From positions 60,763 through 124,762 of the forward strand of contig CAZPLB010000003.1 of the NCBI GenBank assembly GCA_964587425.1: a DNA stretch of 64,000 nt, read 5' to 3'. The DNA is from an uncultured Gammaproteobacteria bacterium. GTDB taxonomy: Bacteria > Patescibacteriota > Microgenomatia > UBA8517. Both the position numbers and the translations under genes were made by a program. Under the pieces are notes generated by a model. That model was given only the letters and a program-made list of their open reading frames with translations, did not search any database and had not been told where the DNA came from. This document shows, one piece after another, positions 1 to 9,754 of the stretch (the first letter of the stretch is position 1; every line of letters starts with the position of its first letter).

Positions 1-132
1 ACCATTTCCAATACACTTCTACCCAAAGTTAAATATTTAATTAAAGTTGTAGCTGTAAGTAAAGACAGTAACTGGAGACAAGATTCAAATATACTCATAT
101 ATTTTGTACCTCTGAAAAAATCCTCCAGATGA
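1..132 (+). CDS. 3' end of a gene entering from the left edge (unknown product)
   Basis: Frame 1 is open from base 1 to TGA at 130-132 (TISNTLLPKVKYLIKVVAVS...); no start visible. Confidence 0.35.
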   Translation, partial: TISNTLLPKVKYLIKVVAVSKDSNWRQDSNILIYFVPLKKSSR

Positions 133-149
133 TATACTAGCCTTGAATT

Positions 150-1193
150 ATGTTCAATAGAATTCTTGGACTCCTGAGTGTTGATATAGGTATTGATCTT
201 GGGACTGCAAACACATTAGTTTGGGTAAAAGGCAAAGGCATTGCCATTAGAGAACCTTCTGCCATTGCCCGCCACAAAAAAACAAAAGCAATACTAGCTG
301 TTGGTGAGGGAGCAAAGAAAATGGTGGGTAGGACTCCCCAGCAAATTGAAGCAATACGTCCGTTAAAAGACGGAGTCATTGCAGACTTTGATGCAACTGC
401 TGCAATGCTCACTCACTATATAAAAAGAGTGCACGAAAAGGGAGGCATAATTCCTGTAATTCCGCGTCCCAGAGTAGTTATTGGAATCCCATCAGGAGTC
501 ACCGAAGTTGAAAGAAGGGCAGTAGCTGACGCTGCCATAGTATCAGGTGCAAGAGAAGCATTTCTAGTTGAAGAGCCAATGGCAGCAGCAATCGGTATGG
601 GACTTCCAGTTGAAGATCCTGGTGGAATTTTTGTTGTAGATATGGGGGGGGGAACAACTGAAATTGCACTAATTTCCTTGGGTGGTGTGGTTGTTGGAAG
701 GTCAGTAAGAATAGCAGGGGATGAAATGGATGAGGCAATCATTAATTATGTGAAGTTAAAGTATTCACTCTTTTTAGGCCAACCTACTGCAGAGAGGGTA
801 AAAATATCAATTGGTCAAGTGGGTGAGGGCAAAGATAAATTTGCAGTAGTAAGAGGGCGTGACTTGGAAACAGGTCTTCCAAAGTCCATCAAACTAACAA
901 GTGGAGAAGTAAAAGAAGCACTCTCTCCAATAATACAAGAAATTGTAATGAGTATAAAAGACACTTTAGAGGAAGCACCCCCAGAATTAGTGTCAGATGT
1001 CTTGGAAAAAGGAATTTATCTGACAGGTGGAACTTCGCTTTTAGAGGGAGTTGGTCCAATGATTGAAGAAATCACAAAAATGAAAGTCATAATGTCTGAA
1101 GACCCCATGACATCGGTCGTTAGAGGCTGCGGCAAGCTTCTTGAGGACAGAGACCTTCTGAAAAGAATGAAAGTAACAAGTGGAATAAAGTAA
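150..1193 (+). CDS. mreB: Rod shape-determining actin-like protein MreB
   Basis: DIGIDLGTANT, EEPMAAAIG and DMGGGTTE actin-ATPase motifs; 347 aa. Confidence 0.96.
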   Translation: MFNRILGLLSVDIGIDLGTANTLVWVKGKGIAIREPSAIARHKKTKAILAVGEGAKKMVGRTPQQIEAIRPLKDGVIADFDATAAMLTHYIKRVHEKGGIIPVIPRPRVVIGIPSGVTEVERRAVADAAIVSGAREAFLVEEPMAAAIGMGLPVEDPGGIFVVDMGGGTTEIALISLGGVVVGRSVRIAGDEMDEAIINYVKLKYSLFLGQPTAERVKISIGQVGEGKDKFAVVRGRDLETGLPKSIKLTSGEVKEALSPIIQEIVMSIKDTLEEAPPELVSDVLEKGIYLTGGTSLLEGVGPMIEEITKMKVIMSEDPMTSVVRGCGKLLEDRDLLKRMKVTSGIK

Positions 1194-1234
1194 TACCCAC
1201 TTACAAGATATACTTATATGTTAGTATTACTCAA

Positions 1235-1465
1235 ATGTACACAGCGACAGTCACACAAAAGGGACAGGTGACACTCCCAAAAAAACTCAGAGATAAATTA
1301 AAAATAAAAGCTTACCACAAGGTAACAATTAAAGAGGGAAAAAATCACCTCAAAATCTATCCAAGTGCTGATATATTAGATTTTGCAGGAAAGTTCAAAG
1401 CACCTACTGGAATGACTGCATTAAAGGCTCGGGAGTATATGGAAAACCATTACGAAAGAGCGTAA
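1235..1465 (+). CDS. AbrB/MazE/SpoVT-family DNA-binding protein (antitoxin-like, no toxin adjacent)
   Basis: TVTQKGQVTLPKKLRDKLKI swapped-hairpin signature. Confidence 0.85.
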   Translation: MYTATVTQKGQVTLPKKLRDKLKIKAYHKVTIKEGKNHLKIYPSADILDFAGKFKAPTGMTALKAREYMENHYERA

Positions 1466-1480
1466 CATCTGTCTTGATAA

Positions 1481-1909
1481 GTGCCCGAACAACACAACAA
1501 CAAAGACCTCAAAAAAATAATAGCTGCAGGCCTTGCCACCCCATTTTTACTTTCTTTCCTGGCAGCTGGTGCAATTGGTATAGGAAGAATATTTAATCAA
1601 TCAGGGACTTTAGAAAAAGGTGATTTTTTACTAAATGAACCATTTCATCTTATTGACGGATGGGGACATGTTCTGACAACACCAGATGAACCATACACAA
1701 TGGTAGTTGTGAGACTAAATCACATAATAGGATTTATATGCCCATATTATATTCCTGGAGCGGGAGCTAACCAGATTTTGGGAACAACAATCAATTGGCC
1801 AATGGATAATGGAAACAAAGCAGTTTATAAAATACCATTAGATACCGACGAAACATTGGTTATGGTAAATATTGTCAGCAGAATGCAAGACGACGACATT
1901 CACTGCTAG
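1481..1909 (+). CDS. Hypothetical protein with N-terminal hydrophobic segment
   Basis: 142-aa ORF filling the gap; hydrophobic residues ~13-35. Confidence 0.55.
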   Translation: MPEQHNNKDLKKIIAAGLATPFLLSFLAAGAIGIGRIFNQSGTLEKGDFLLNEPFHLIDGWGHVLTTPDEPYTMVVVRLNHIIGFICPYYIPGAGANQILGTTINWPMDNGNKAVYKIPLDTDETLVMVNIVSRMQDDDIHC

Positions 1910-1927
1910 GGTGTAGAATAATTTGAT

Positions 1928-3397
1928 ATGGAAGGCAAGTTCACCCTATTCTTGAAAGGTATATTAATTCTAGTTTTTTTAATTTTAATTGGCCGTCTTG
2001 CTGAACTTCAAATAATAAAAGGGGAATACTATCAGAGTCTTGCCAACAACAACAGAATTAAAAGAGTATCAATCCCAGCCCCAAGAGGCAATATCAAAGC
2101 ACGAGGAGGGGAAATTCTAGTGGGGACAGAAGATGGTAAAAGATTCTACCCACTTGGAAGTCTAGCTGCCCATTTAACAGGATATGTAGCAAAAGCCCAA
2201 GTAAGTGAGATAGGGAAGGTAGACCCAAGTTGTCCAAACAAAGGTCCAAGGAAAGGTGAGAGTTGGATGGGCAGAACTGGATTGGAGGAAGAATACGATT
2301 GCACTCTTCGAGGAATAGATGGAGAAGAACTTTTGGAAATTGATGCAACAGGTCAAGTAGTTAGAAAACTGGGGCAAGAAAATCCAGTTGCGGGAGCTGA
2401 CATAATGACAACTATCGATTACAGTCTCCAGAAAAAAGTTGGAATGTCCATCAAAGCTGCAGGGGCAATTGTTGCAACCAATGGAGGTGGCCAAATCCTT
2501 GCATTCTATTCCTCCCCATCATTTAATCCAGAAAAAATAGAAAGTTCGCTAAATAACCCACAACTCCCACTTTTCAATCGCGTATTGGATGGTCTTTACC
2601 ATCCTGGTTCCACTTTCAAAATAGTAACTTCAGTAGCCGGTCTTGAAGAAAAGAAAATTGACGAAAACTTTCTCTACAATGACCAGGGAGTAATTAAGAT
2701 TAATGATTTTTCATATTCAAACTGGTACTTCTCACAATATGGAAGAGTAGAGGGAGAAGTAAACCTAACAAAGGCAATTGCCAGGTCAACCGATACGTTC
2801 TTTTACAAACTCGGTGAAATGGTTGGGATAGAGGACCTTGCTGGTTGGTCAGTAAAGTTTGGACTAAACAAAAAGACCGGTGTTGACCTTCCAAATGAAG
2901 CAGAAGGATTAATTCCAGACCCTGCATGGAAGAGAAAAGTAAAAGGGGAACTTTGGTTTCTTGGGGACACTTACAATGTATCAATCGGCCAAGGAGATGT
3001 TGCAATCACACCTCTAGCAGTAAATATGCTAGCCTCAGTCATCGCAAATGGCGGAAAGGTTTGCAAGCCATATATTAATCATAACGTAGAAGGCAGTTGT
3101 AAAGATCTAAATTTAAAACCAGACACATTAAACCTAATAAAAGAAGGAATGAAGGAAGCCTGTTCAACTGGGGGAACAGGAGTACCATTTTTTGGATTCC
3201 AACCCCAAGTAGCATGTAAAACAGGAACTGCAGAAACAAGTGAAAAAGATGTAACCCATGCATGGTTTGCAGTATTTGCCCCAATTGAGAATCCTGAGAT
3301 AGTTCTTGATGTTTTGGTTGAAAAAGGGGGAGAAGGGTCAAAAGTAGCGGCTCCAATTGCAAAAGATATCCTCACTTACTATTTTGGAAGAAAATAA
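1928..3397 (+). CDS. mrdA: Penicillin-binding protein 2 (class B transpeptidase)
   Basis: N-terminal TM, PAPRG dimerisation motif, SxxK (PGSTFK), STD (SxN-like), KTGT; downstream of mreB. Confidence 0.88.
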   Translation: MEGKFTLFLKGILILVFLILIGRLAELQIIKGEYYQSLANNNRIKRVSIPAPRGNIKARGGEILVGTEDGKRFYPLGSLAAHLTGYVAKAQVSEIGKVDPSCPNKGPRKGESWMGRTGLEEEYDCTLRGIDGEELLEIDATGQVVRKLGQENPVAGADIMTTIDYSLQKKVGMSIKAAGAIVATNGGGQILAFYSSPSFNPEKIESSLNNPQLPLFNRVLDGLYHPGSTFKIVTSVAGLEEKKIDENFLYNDQGVIKINDFSYSNWYFSQYGRVEGEVNLTKAIARSTDTFFYKLGEMVGIEDLAGWSVKFGLNKKTGVDLPNEAEGLIPDPAWKRKVKGELWFLGDTYNVSIGQGDVAITPLAVNMLASVIANGGKVCKPYINHNVEGSCKDLNLKPDTLNLIKEGMKEACSTGGTGVPFFGFQPQVACKTGTAETSEKDVTHAWFAVFAPIENPEIVLDVLVEKGGEGSKVAAPIAKDILTYYFGRK

Positions 3398-3406
3398 TGC
3401 CGGTAC

Positions 3407-3438
3407 TTGACAATATGTACATTATGTACTAATATAAC
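3407..3438 (+). promoter_or_regulatory. Sigma70-type promoter with probable TA operator
   Basis: TTGACA(3407)-17 bp-TAATAT; spacer holds palindrome ATGTACAT and a second ATGTAC, resembling YefM/Phd-type operators. Confidence 0.55.
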
Positions 3439-3444
3439 TTTATT

Positions 3445-3714
3445 ATGACAACAATAGTTTCTTTCACTGATTTTAGGAACGATCTCTCCAAATACATAGA
3501 TTATTTGAAAAAAGGTAACGAAGTAATCATTAAAAACACAAAGAAGGACGAAGAATTGGTAACTTTGGTGGCAAAAAAGGATGAAGAATTTGATTGGGAT
3601 GAATATATGAAATTTGTAAGAAATTTTAAGCCAGTTTTCACAGACAAGGATGTGGAAGCAATAACAAAAGCAAGAAAAGCAACAAATAAGAGACTAAGAG
3701 ACTTAGATTGGTAA
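3445..3714 (+). CDS. Phd/YefM-family antitoxin
   Basis: MTTIVSFTDFRNDLSKYIDYLKKGNEVII N-terminal fold signature; directly upstream of a PIN gene. Confidence 0.8.
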   Translation: MTTIVSFTDFRNDLSKYIDYLKKGNEVIIKNTKKDEELVTLVAKKDEEFDWDEYMKFVRNFKPVFTDKDVEAITKARKATNKRLRDLDW

Positions 3715-3717
3715 CAA

Positions 3718-4095
3718 ATGAAAATTATTGTTGATACTTCGGTTATTATTGAGTTTCTTCGTACAGGAAAAGGGGTGTATGTAGACCTCATGGAAAAAGC
3801 TAGTAAAAAATCAGCAGTGGTTTATGTACCTGCAGTGGTAGTTTTGGAACTTTGGAAAGGTCAAAGTATGAAAAATTCAGAGACCGAAAAAAGGGTTGAA
3901 AAAATCTTGTTGCCAATGAAAAGTGTAGATCTTACTAAACAGCTTGCAAAAAAAGCTGGAACAATTATAAGAGAGAATAATATGGATGATTTTTTAGACT
4001 CAGTAGTTGCAGCTGCTGCACTGTATTTAGATGCTAGTGTTGCAACACTTAATAAAAAACATTTCACAAAAATAAAGGGCTTGAAATTACTTTAA
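3718..4095 (+). CDS. vapC: PIN-domain VapC-type toxin
   Basis: IIVDTSVII, E(LW), DSVVAAAA, TLNKKHF PIN motifs. Confidence 0.88.
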   Translation: MKIIVDTSVIIEFLRTGKGVYVDLMEKASKKSAVVYVPAVVVLELWKGQSMKNSETEKRVEKILLPMKSVDLTKQLAKKAGTIIRENNMDDFLDSVVAAAALYLDASVATLNKKHFTKIKGLKLL

Positions 4096-4665
4096 CTCAC
4101 TATTTTTGGAGGAATTCATATCTTCCTCAAACAGCTCAGAAAGTTTCAAAAACCCTTCTTTAATACCCTCCGACCATTTTGGCACATATTCCACACCTAC
4201 TGAATCGAATAGTTGAAATATTACAGACACATCTTGCTTAACTTCGGGATAATTTCCATACATCACAACTATTTTTGTACCCGTCAGCGCAGCTTTTAAT
4301 ATACGATTACTCATTTCTCTAAGTGTTGAATCATCAGATGTGGAAACCATATGTATTAGAGCTCCATCAAATTCCTCCTCAGTCAAAGAGACATCAAGAT
4401 GTTTAAAGCTTTGTTTTGAAAAAATTCTGATTCCAGCTCTTGCAATGTAGTCAGGAAGATTATTGGTAATCCACGGAGAATCAATAATTAGTACTTTTTT
4501 ATCTCTAAGTGTCTCAAGCTTTGTTTCGGTTTTTAGTGCTTCAAGCCTCCTAAAAGTTAAGAAGAGTTGATCTAATCTTTTCTCACTGACATCTTTAGAC
4601 ATTCTTCTGTTAACTGATTCCATAGTGTGGTCGATTTTTTCAATTCTTTCATTTCCCAAAGCCAT
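4087..4665 (-). CDS. Hypothetical protein
   Basis: 192-aa ORF; TATAAT 7 nt upstream of ATG on the minus strand. Confidence 0.65.
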   Translation of the reverse strand: MALGNERIEKIDHTMESVNRRMSKDVSEKRLDQLFLTFRRLEALKTETKLETLRDKKVLIIDSPWITNNLPDYIARAGIRIFSKQSFKHLDVSLTEEEFDGALIHMVSTSDDSTLREMSNRILKAALTGTKIVVMYGNYPEVKQDVSVIFQLFDSVGVEYVPKWSEGIKEGFLKLSELFEEDMNSSKNSELK

Positions 4666-4686
4666 ACCAAGTATTATAGTTAATTA

Positions 4687-5226
4687 ATGACTAAAACAAA
4701 ATTTGCAGTTGCAATTGTTGGTTCAAGACAAATGACCCCAAGAGGAGAAAAACTTGCACGGGAATATTCCACCTACTTAGCAAAAAATAAAGTAACAATA
4801 GTTTCAGGCCTTGCCCGTGGAATTGATACAGTGGCACATAAAGCTGCTCTTGATGCAGGAGGTAAAACAATTGCAGTACTGGGTTCGGGGATTGATATTA
4901 TCTACCCTCCAGAAAATAAAGATCTAGCAGAAGAAATAAAAAAGCATGGTGAATTAATTTCTCCCTTTCCAAAAGGGACAAAACCTCTGGGAAGAAACTT
5001 TTTGGCAAGAAATAAAGTGATAGTAGATTTATCAGATGCAGTTTTAGTAATAGAGGGAAAAAGAAGGAGTGGAACCATTTCAACCGCTAATTGGGCAGCT
5101 GATGCAGGAAAAGAAGTATTTGCAATTCCAGGAAGTGAAGCTACAGATTATTTAATTGAAAACGGAGCAAATATTGCACACTCACCAGAGGATATTTTGA
5201 ACTATCTTAAAACTATGGATATGTAA
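4687..5226 (+). CDS. dprA: DNA-processing protein DprA (core Rossmann domain only)
   Basis: AIVGSR, VSGLARGIDT, RN..I, SGT motifs; upstream of topA. Confidence 0.9.
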   Translation: MTKTKFAVAIVGSRQMTPRGEKLAREYSTYLAKNKVTIVSGLARGIDTVAHKAALDAGGKTIAVLGSGIDIIYPPENKDLAEEIKKHGELISPFPKGTKPLGRNFLARNKVIVDLSDAVLVIEGKRRSGTISTANWAADAGKEVFAIPGSEATDYLIENGANIAHSPEDILNYLKTMDM

Positions 5227-5452
5227 CGACCCCAGAAGAAATTAAAAAATAATTCAAAATTATGACGATTCCCAAAACAACAACAACCGATGCCCAAAAC
5301 CTTGCCCTTCTGCCTTTTGTGACAATAATCGGCCTTTTCCACCAATCAGGGAGGTATTTAGGAATATTTGATGAAATAATCTCACCTTTTAAGTAAGCAT
5401 AAGTGCCATAAACGACACTAAGTACCCCAAGTAATAAAATAACAGTTTGCAC
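5213..5452 (-). CDS. Small two-TM hypothetical membrane protein
   Basis: Two hydrophobic stretches; TAAGAT 6 nt before GTG. Confidence 0.55.
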   Translation of the reverse strand: MQTVILLLGVLSVVYGTYAYLKGEIISSNIPKYLPDWWKRPIIVTKGRRARFWASVVVVLGIVIILNYFLISSGVVTYP

Positions 5453-5516
5453 ACAGCTATCTTACAACAAAACCGTCCCCTTGACACCTCCTGTAAACTA
5501 AGTTCTACTTAGACCT

Positions 5517-7496
5517 ATGCAATTAATTATTGTTGAGTCGCCAACCAAAGCAAAGACACTTGGTAAATTTCTTGGAAAAGATTACCAGGTAGAGGCAACC
5601 ATGGGCCATATCAAAGATCTCCCCAAGTCAAAGCTTGGAATTGATATTGAAAATAATTTCAAACCAGATTATGTTGAAATGCCAAAGAAAGTTGATACCA
5701 TCAAAAATCTCCAAAAGATAGCTAAAAATGCAGAAGTGATATTTATAGCTACAGACCCTGATCGTGAGGGGGAAGCCATAGCAAGTCATGTCAAAGAAAT
5801 TGTAGGAAATGGTAAAACAAAACGTGTTACCTTCCATGAAATTACAAAGGAAGCTGTTGAAGATGCCATTGCCCACCCAAAGGAAATTGATGAAAACCTA
5901 GTTGATGCACAAATTGGAAGACGAGTGTTAGATCGCCTTGTTGGCTATGAACTCTCTCCCTTGCTATGGAGAAAAATAAGAAGAGGATTGTCAGCAGGCC
6001 GTGTTCAATCAGTTGCAGTAAGACTCATTGTTGAAAAAGAAAAAGAAATTGAAAAGTTTAAAGCAGAGGAATACTGGGAAATATTCTCTGTTGTGAAATC
6101 AAAAAAAGAATTCACAGTTCAGTTGATGAAGACAAAGGTCACAGATAAAAAGAAGGCAGATGAAGTAGTAGGAGACTTAAAAAAAGCAAAACACATCGTC
6201 TCAGGTGTTAAAAAAAGAGAAGTATCAAAAAATCCATATCCACCATTTACCACCTCCACCATGACCCAATCTGGAGCCAGAGTCTTTGGTTGGAGTGCAA
6301 AGAGAACAATGAGTGTAGCCCAGAAGCTATATGAAAAAGGTTTAATTACATATCACAGAACCGACTCAACAAATATTGCTGCTGTTGCCATTACAAAATC
6401 AAGAGATTTCATAAAAACAAATTATGGAGAAAAATATTTACCAGCCACTCCAAAGTTTTACAAAATAAAATCCAAAGTCGCACAGGAAGCCCATGAAGCA
6501 ATTCGTCCAACAAATATAAATAAAGAATTAAGTGAAAAAATCCCAGCTGATTTCAAAAAATTATATGACCTCATTTGGAGAAGATTTATGGCCTGCCAAA
6601 TGAACCCATCCATCTATGATGAAACGGCAATTGATGTCACTGCAAATGAATACAAATTAAGAGCCTCAGGCCAGATAATGAAATTTGATGGATGGAGAAA
6701 AGTAATTCCTTCAAAAATGACAGAAGAAGGCGGTATTGAATTGCCTGAAGTAAAAGCAGGTGAAGAACTCGAGCTTGTAAGAGTTGACTCATTTCAAAAG
6801 TTCACCCAACCGCCAGCTAGATTTAATGAGGCGTCCCTCATTAAAATGCTTGAAAAGTTAGGAATAGGGAGACCTTCAACATATGCCCCAATTATTACTA
6901 CAATTCAAATAAGGCAGTATGTAGAAAAAAAGGAGAGACAGTTTTTTGCAACCTCAGTCGGAATTGCAGTAACAGAATTTCTTCTTGAAAATTTCCCAGA
7001 AGTTCTGGATTACAAATTCACGGCCGATATGGAAGATGATTTAGATAAAGTTGCAAATGGAGAAAGAGACTGGCAGAAAGAAATAAAAACTTTCTACAAG
7101 CCATTTCACAAAAAACTAACAAGTGTCACCAAAAACTCAAAGAGGGTAGCTATCCCCACAGAAAAATTGGGGAGAGAGTGTCCTGAATGTAAAACGGCAA
7201 GAGAGGCAGGGGATAAAAATAGAAATGGGGAATTGGTAATTAGAGTTGGAAGATTTGGAAAATTTATTTCCTGCTCACTCTTTCCAGAATGCAAATACAC
7301 AGAGAAGTTCTTAGAAAAAATAGGGATGACATGCCCGGACTGTAAAGAGGGGGAAGTGATAGTTAAAAAAACTGGAAAAGGAAGACCATTCTTTGGCTGC
7401 AGCCGTTACCCAGATTGTAAATGGGCCAGTTGGAAAAATCCTAAGCTGGCCTCTCAGGATAATAAGTCTCCCAAAAAATCCGATAATGCAGTTTGA
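5517..7496 (+). CDS. topA: DNA topoisomerase I
   Basis: IVESPTK TOPRIM, ATDPDREGE, SAGRVQ, ITYHRTDS catalytic Tyr, C-terminal Zn ribbons. Confidence 0.97.
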   Translation: MQLIIVESPTKAKTLGKFLGKDYQVEATMGHIKDLPKSKLGIDIENNFKPDYVEMPKKVDTIKNLQKIAKNAEVIFIATDPDREGEAIASHVKEIVGNGKTKRVTFHEITKEAVEDAIAHPKEIDENLVDAQIGRRVLDRLVGYELSPLLWRKIRRGLSAGRVQSVAVRLIVEKEKEIEKFKAEEYWEIFSVVKSKKEFTVQLMKTKVTDKKKADEVVGDLKKAKHIVSGVKKREVSKNPYPPFTTSTMTQSGARVFGWSAKRTMSVAQKLYEKGLITYHRTDSTNIAAVAITKSRDFIKTNYGEKYLPATPKFYKIKSKVAQEAHEAIRPTNINKELSEKIPADFKKLYDLIWRRFMACQMNPSIYDETAIDVTANEYKLRASGQIMKFDGWRKVIPSKMTEEGGIELPEVKAGEELELVRVDSFQKFTQPPARFNEASLIKMLEKLGIGRPSTYAPIITTIQIRQYVEKKERQFFATSVGIAVTEFLLENFPEVLDYKFTADMEDDLDKVANGERDWQKEIKTFYKPFHKKLTSVTKNSKRVAIPTEKLGRECPECKTAREAGDKNRNGELVIRVGRFGKFISCSLFPECKYTEKFLEKIGMTCPDCKEGEVIVKKTGKGRPFFGCSRYPDCKWASWKNPKLASQDNKSPKKSDNAV

Positions 7497-8107
7497 GTTG
7501 CTTGACTATTCCTTTGCCTTGCCTCTCTACTTTTAATTACAACCTCTTTCGACTGAGTGATGGCCAACTTAAGTAATTCTTGAATCTTATCAACTTTATC
7601 CAAATTTGTAGCCACCAATCTTGCAGGTTTATCTTCACATGGAATAAACAACCCACCAAAATGCAAATGTTCAACAGAATCATAAGGCCTTAACTCAACT
7701 CTTTTCCCGTTTGTGTATTCATCGCGATAAGTCTTTTTGAACACATCAAGAATTGTAGGATCAATAAAATGTATAGATGTTGATAACTCGTGATAATCTA
7801 TTACCGCAAAAGCCTGTTGTCCACCTATCTCAAAAGGTATCATCCAACCTACAACTTCACCAAAATCCTCTTGTTCTTCTTTTTTTACTTTGTATTTGTC
7901 AGTATCTGAAGAAACATCCCCAGTATGTTCTACTGAAACTTTCTCAACTTGATCTCTTTTGGGATTCCATAATTCATTCAAAGCACCAGCCTCTTGAAGT
8001 ACTTGGATTGCCTCTTTTGCATGTTTTAAAGTATCTGCGTTATTTATGCCCAGCAACATTTCAAGACCGTTAGCTCCACTATCTTTTTCTTTTGACCCCA
8101 TAGTCAT
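7454..8107 (-). CDS. Hypothetical protein (true start may be 8101)
   Basis: 217-aa ORF; minus-strand TATAAT 8 nt before the second ATG. Confidence 0.65.
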   Translation of the reverse strand: MTMGSKEKDSGANGLEMLLGINNADTLKHAKEAIQVLQEAGALNELWNPKRDQVEKVSVEHTGDVSSDTDKYKVKKEEQEDFGEVVGWMIPFEIGGQQAFAVIDYHELSTSIHFIDPTILDVFKKTYRDEYTNGKRVELRPYDSVEHLHFGGLFIPCEDKPARLVATNLDKVDKIQELLKLAITQSKEVVIKSREARQRNSQATQTALSDFLGDLLS

Positions 8108-8172
8108 GGATTATATTGGAATTTGCAATTAAATGCAAACGTGTTAGTGGAAGATCGATGCCGCAAAGGATG

Positions 8173-8988
8173 TTAAATCCATTGAGGAAAAGTAACTGGT
8201 CTGCCGTAGCGTTCTGATGAGCCTATTTTGTATTCCGGTATCACAACTTGATCTTCATTTCCCCCCATTGCCATCTGTGTCAATTTAACGGCCAAGTTAT
8301 AACTATTCCTTAATTCTGTTCTTCTTTGTGAAGTAAGTTCTCTCCCTCCCCTAATTCCACCTCTAAAGACTCTCTCAGACAACTCGTAAAGATTAAGAGA
8401 GGAGCTTGAGATAGCAAGTTCACGAATTGCGGCCAGCCCCAATGGCGTGGTGTCTGCGATAATCGAAGCGGTATCGGTCCAAATATTCAATATTGGTAGT
8501 ATCTGACCATGTACATTCCTGGGAGCAAATAAACAAGGTATTTTGAGCCACAAAGGTTGAATATTATATGAATTAATTTTCATAATTTTTTCACGATGAA
8601 CTCTAGTCGGATTTTCTCTGAGTACCTTTTTCATATATTTGGCTCGATGGATATACTCACCATTTAGAAAGTGACCTGGAACAAAGTGTCCATAATGTTT
8701 TATCACTAATTCTGGAATAGCTTCTTGTAACCGAGTAATGCAATTTGTAATTGCCCCATCTCTCCCTTTTGTAGAAAGTCCATGGTTTTGTAATACTACA
8801 TTGTCAAAATAACCATCACATTTCAAAAAAATTCGAAGTACATCAAATTCTAATCGAGTCAAAGGTATTTCTTTTAAGACGGTCTCTGTCTCTAAAAAGA
8901 CAGGATACAACGGAACCCTTTCAGATTTGCGACCCAAAAGTGAATAGGAACTAGAACTTTCACTAATTTCTACATTCATTCTCTCCAT
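8173..8988 (-). CDS. Hypothetical protein with OmpR/PhoB-type winged-helix-like segment(s)
   Basis: EIPLTRLEFDVLRIFL...AITNCITRLQEAIP resembles the Trans_reg_C pattern; no receiver domain. Confidence 0.5.
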   Translation of the reverse strand: MERMNVEISESSSSYSLLGRKSERVPLYPVFLETETVLKEIPLTRLEFDVLRIFLKCDGYFDNVVLQNHGLSTKGRDGAITNCITRLQEAIPELVIKHYGHFVPGHFLNGEYIHRAKYMKKVLRENPTRVHREKIMKINSYNIQPLWLKIPCLFAPRNVHGQILPILNIWTDTASIIADTTPLGLAAIRELAISSSSLNLYELSERVFRGGIRGGRELTSQRRTELRNSYNLAVKLTQMAMGGNEDQVVIPEYKIGSSERYGRPVTFPQWI

Positions 8989-9055
8989 CGCGAGTATTAT
9001 ATCTAAAAATTAACTCCTTGACACACTACGTTAAAAAATATATTAAATATAGTGC

Positions 9056-9754
9056 ATGGCAAGAGAGCATTTCTTCGAAACTGGTCCTACACAATCTCTT
9101 CTTTCCCGAGAAACAATTCTTTATGAGATGCGACAAGGCAGTGTTGTTATAGACCCTTTTAATGAAAGTCAATTAAATACTGTGAGCTATGATGTCACAC
9201 TTGGGTCTCATTATTATCGTCCTAATCCAAATCACGGTCTCCGCGTCTACAATCCATGGAACGAGGATCATGTAAGAAGGTATTGGGGAGAGCCCTACGA
9301 AGCAAAAACTGCTTGGGAAGAATTTCGTGGAGATTGTCATGAGTTTGGCTTAAATGCTAACGACAGAGTAATCATTTTACAGCCCAAGGAAATGATACTA
9401 GGTCACACAAACGAGTTTATTGGTGGAAAAGGAACTGTGGCACCCATGATGAAGGCACGCTCTTCTATTGGTAGAAACGGCGACGTTGTATGTAAATGTG
9501 CAGGTTGGGGAGACATCGGCTACACAAATCGATGGACCATGGAAATTGAAAGTAGTTTGAGTATACCTAGTATCTTAATTATTGGTGAAAGTGTTGCACA
9601 AATTGTCTTTTTCAAAACTGATCCAATATTAGGTCAGGATTACACTTCAGGTGGTAAGTATCAGGATACAGATGATATGGATACTATTAAAAGCCAATGG
9701 TCACCAGAATCTATGTTGCCAAAATTGTGGAAGGATAGGATGAAAAGCAAATGA
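9056..9754 (+). CDS. dcd: dCTP deaminase (trimeric dUTPase superfamily)
   Basis: SYDVTLG, ARSSIGR, GWGDIGY, TMEI, AQIVF, GKYQ motifs. Confidence 0.85.
   Translation: MAREHFFETGPTQSLLSRETILYEMRQGSVVIDPFNESQLNTVSYDVTLGSHYYRPNPNHGLRVYNPWNEDHVRRYWGEPYEAKTAWEEFRGDCHEFGLNANDRVIILQPKEMILGHTNEFIGGKGTVAPMMKARSSIGRNGDVVCKCAGWGDIGYTNRWTMEIESSLSIPSILIIGESVAQIVFFKTDPILGQDYTSGGKYQDTDDMDTIKSQWSPESMLPKLWKDRMKSK

Noticed and set aside
8122-8139. TTTGCA-n6-TGCAAA inverted repeat upstream of 7454-8107
   Set aside because: Short, AT-rich and single; cannot be distinguished from chance or opposed -35-like boxes
9056-9754. dcd as a nucleotide-depletion anti-phage deaminase
   Set aside because: Known defensive dCTP deaminases are Zn-dependent CDA-fold enzymes; this one is dUTPase-fold and sits in a biosynthetic cluster
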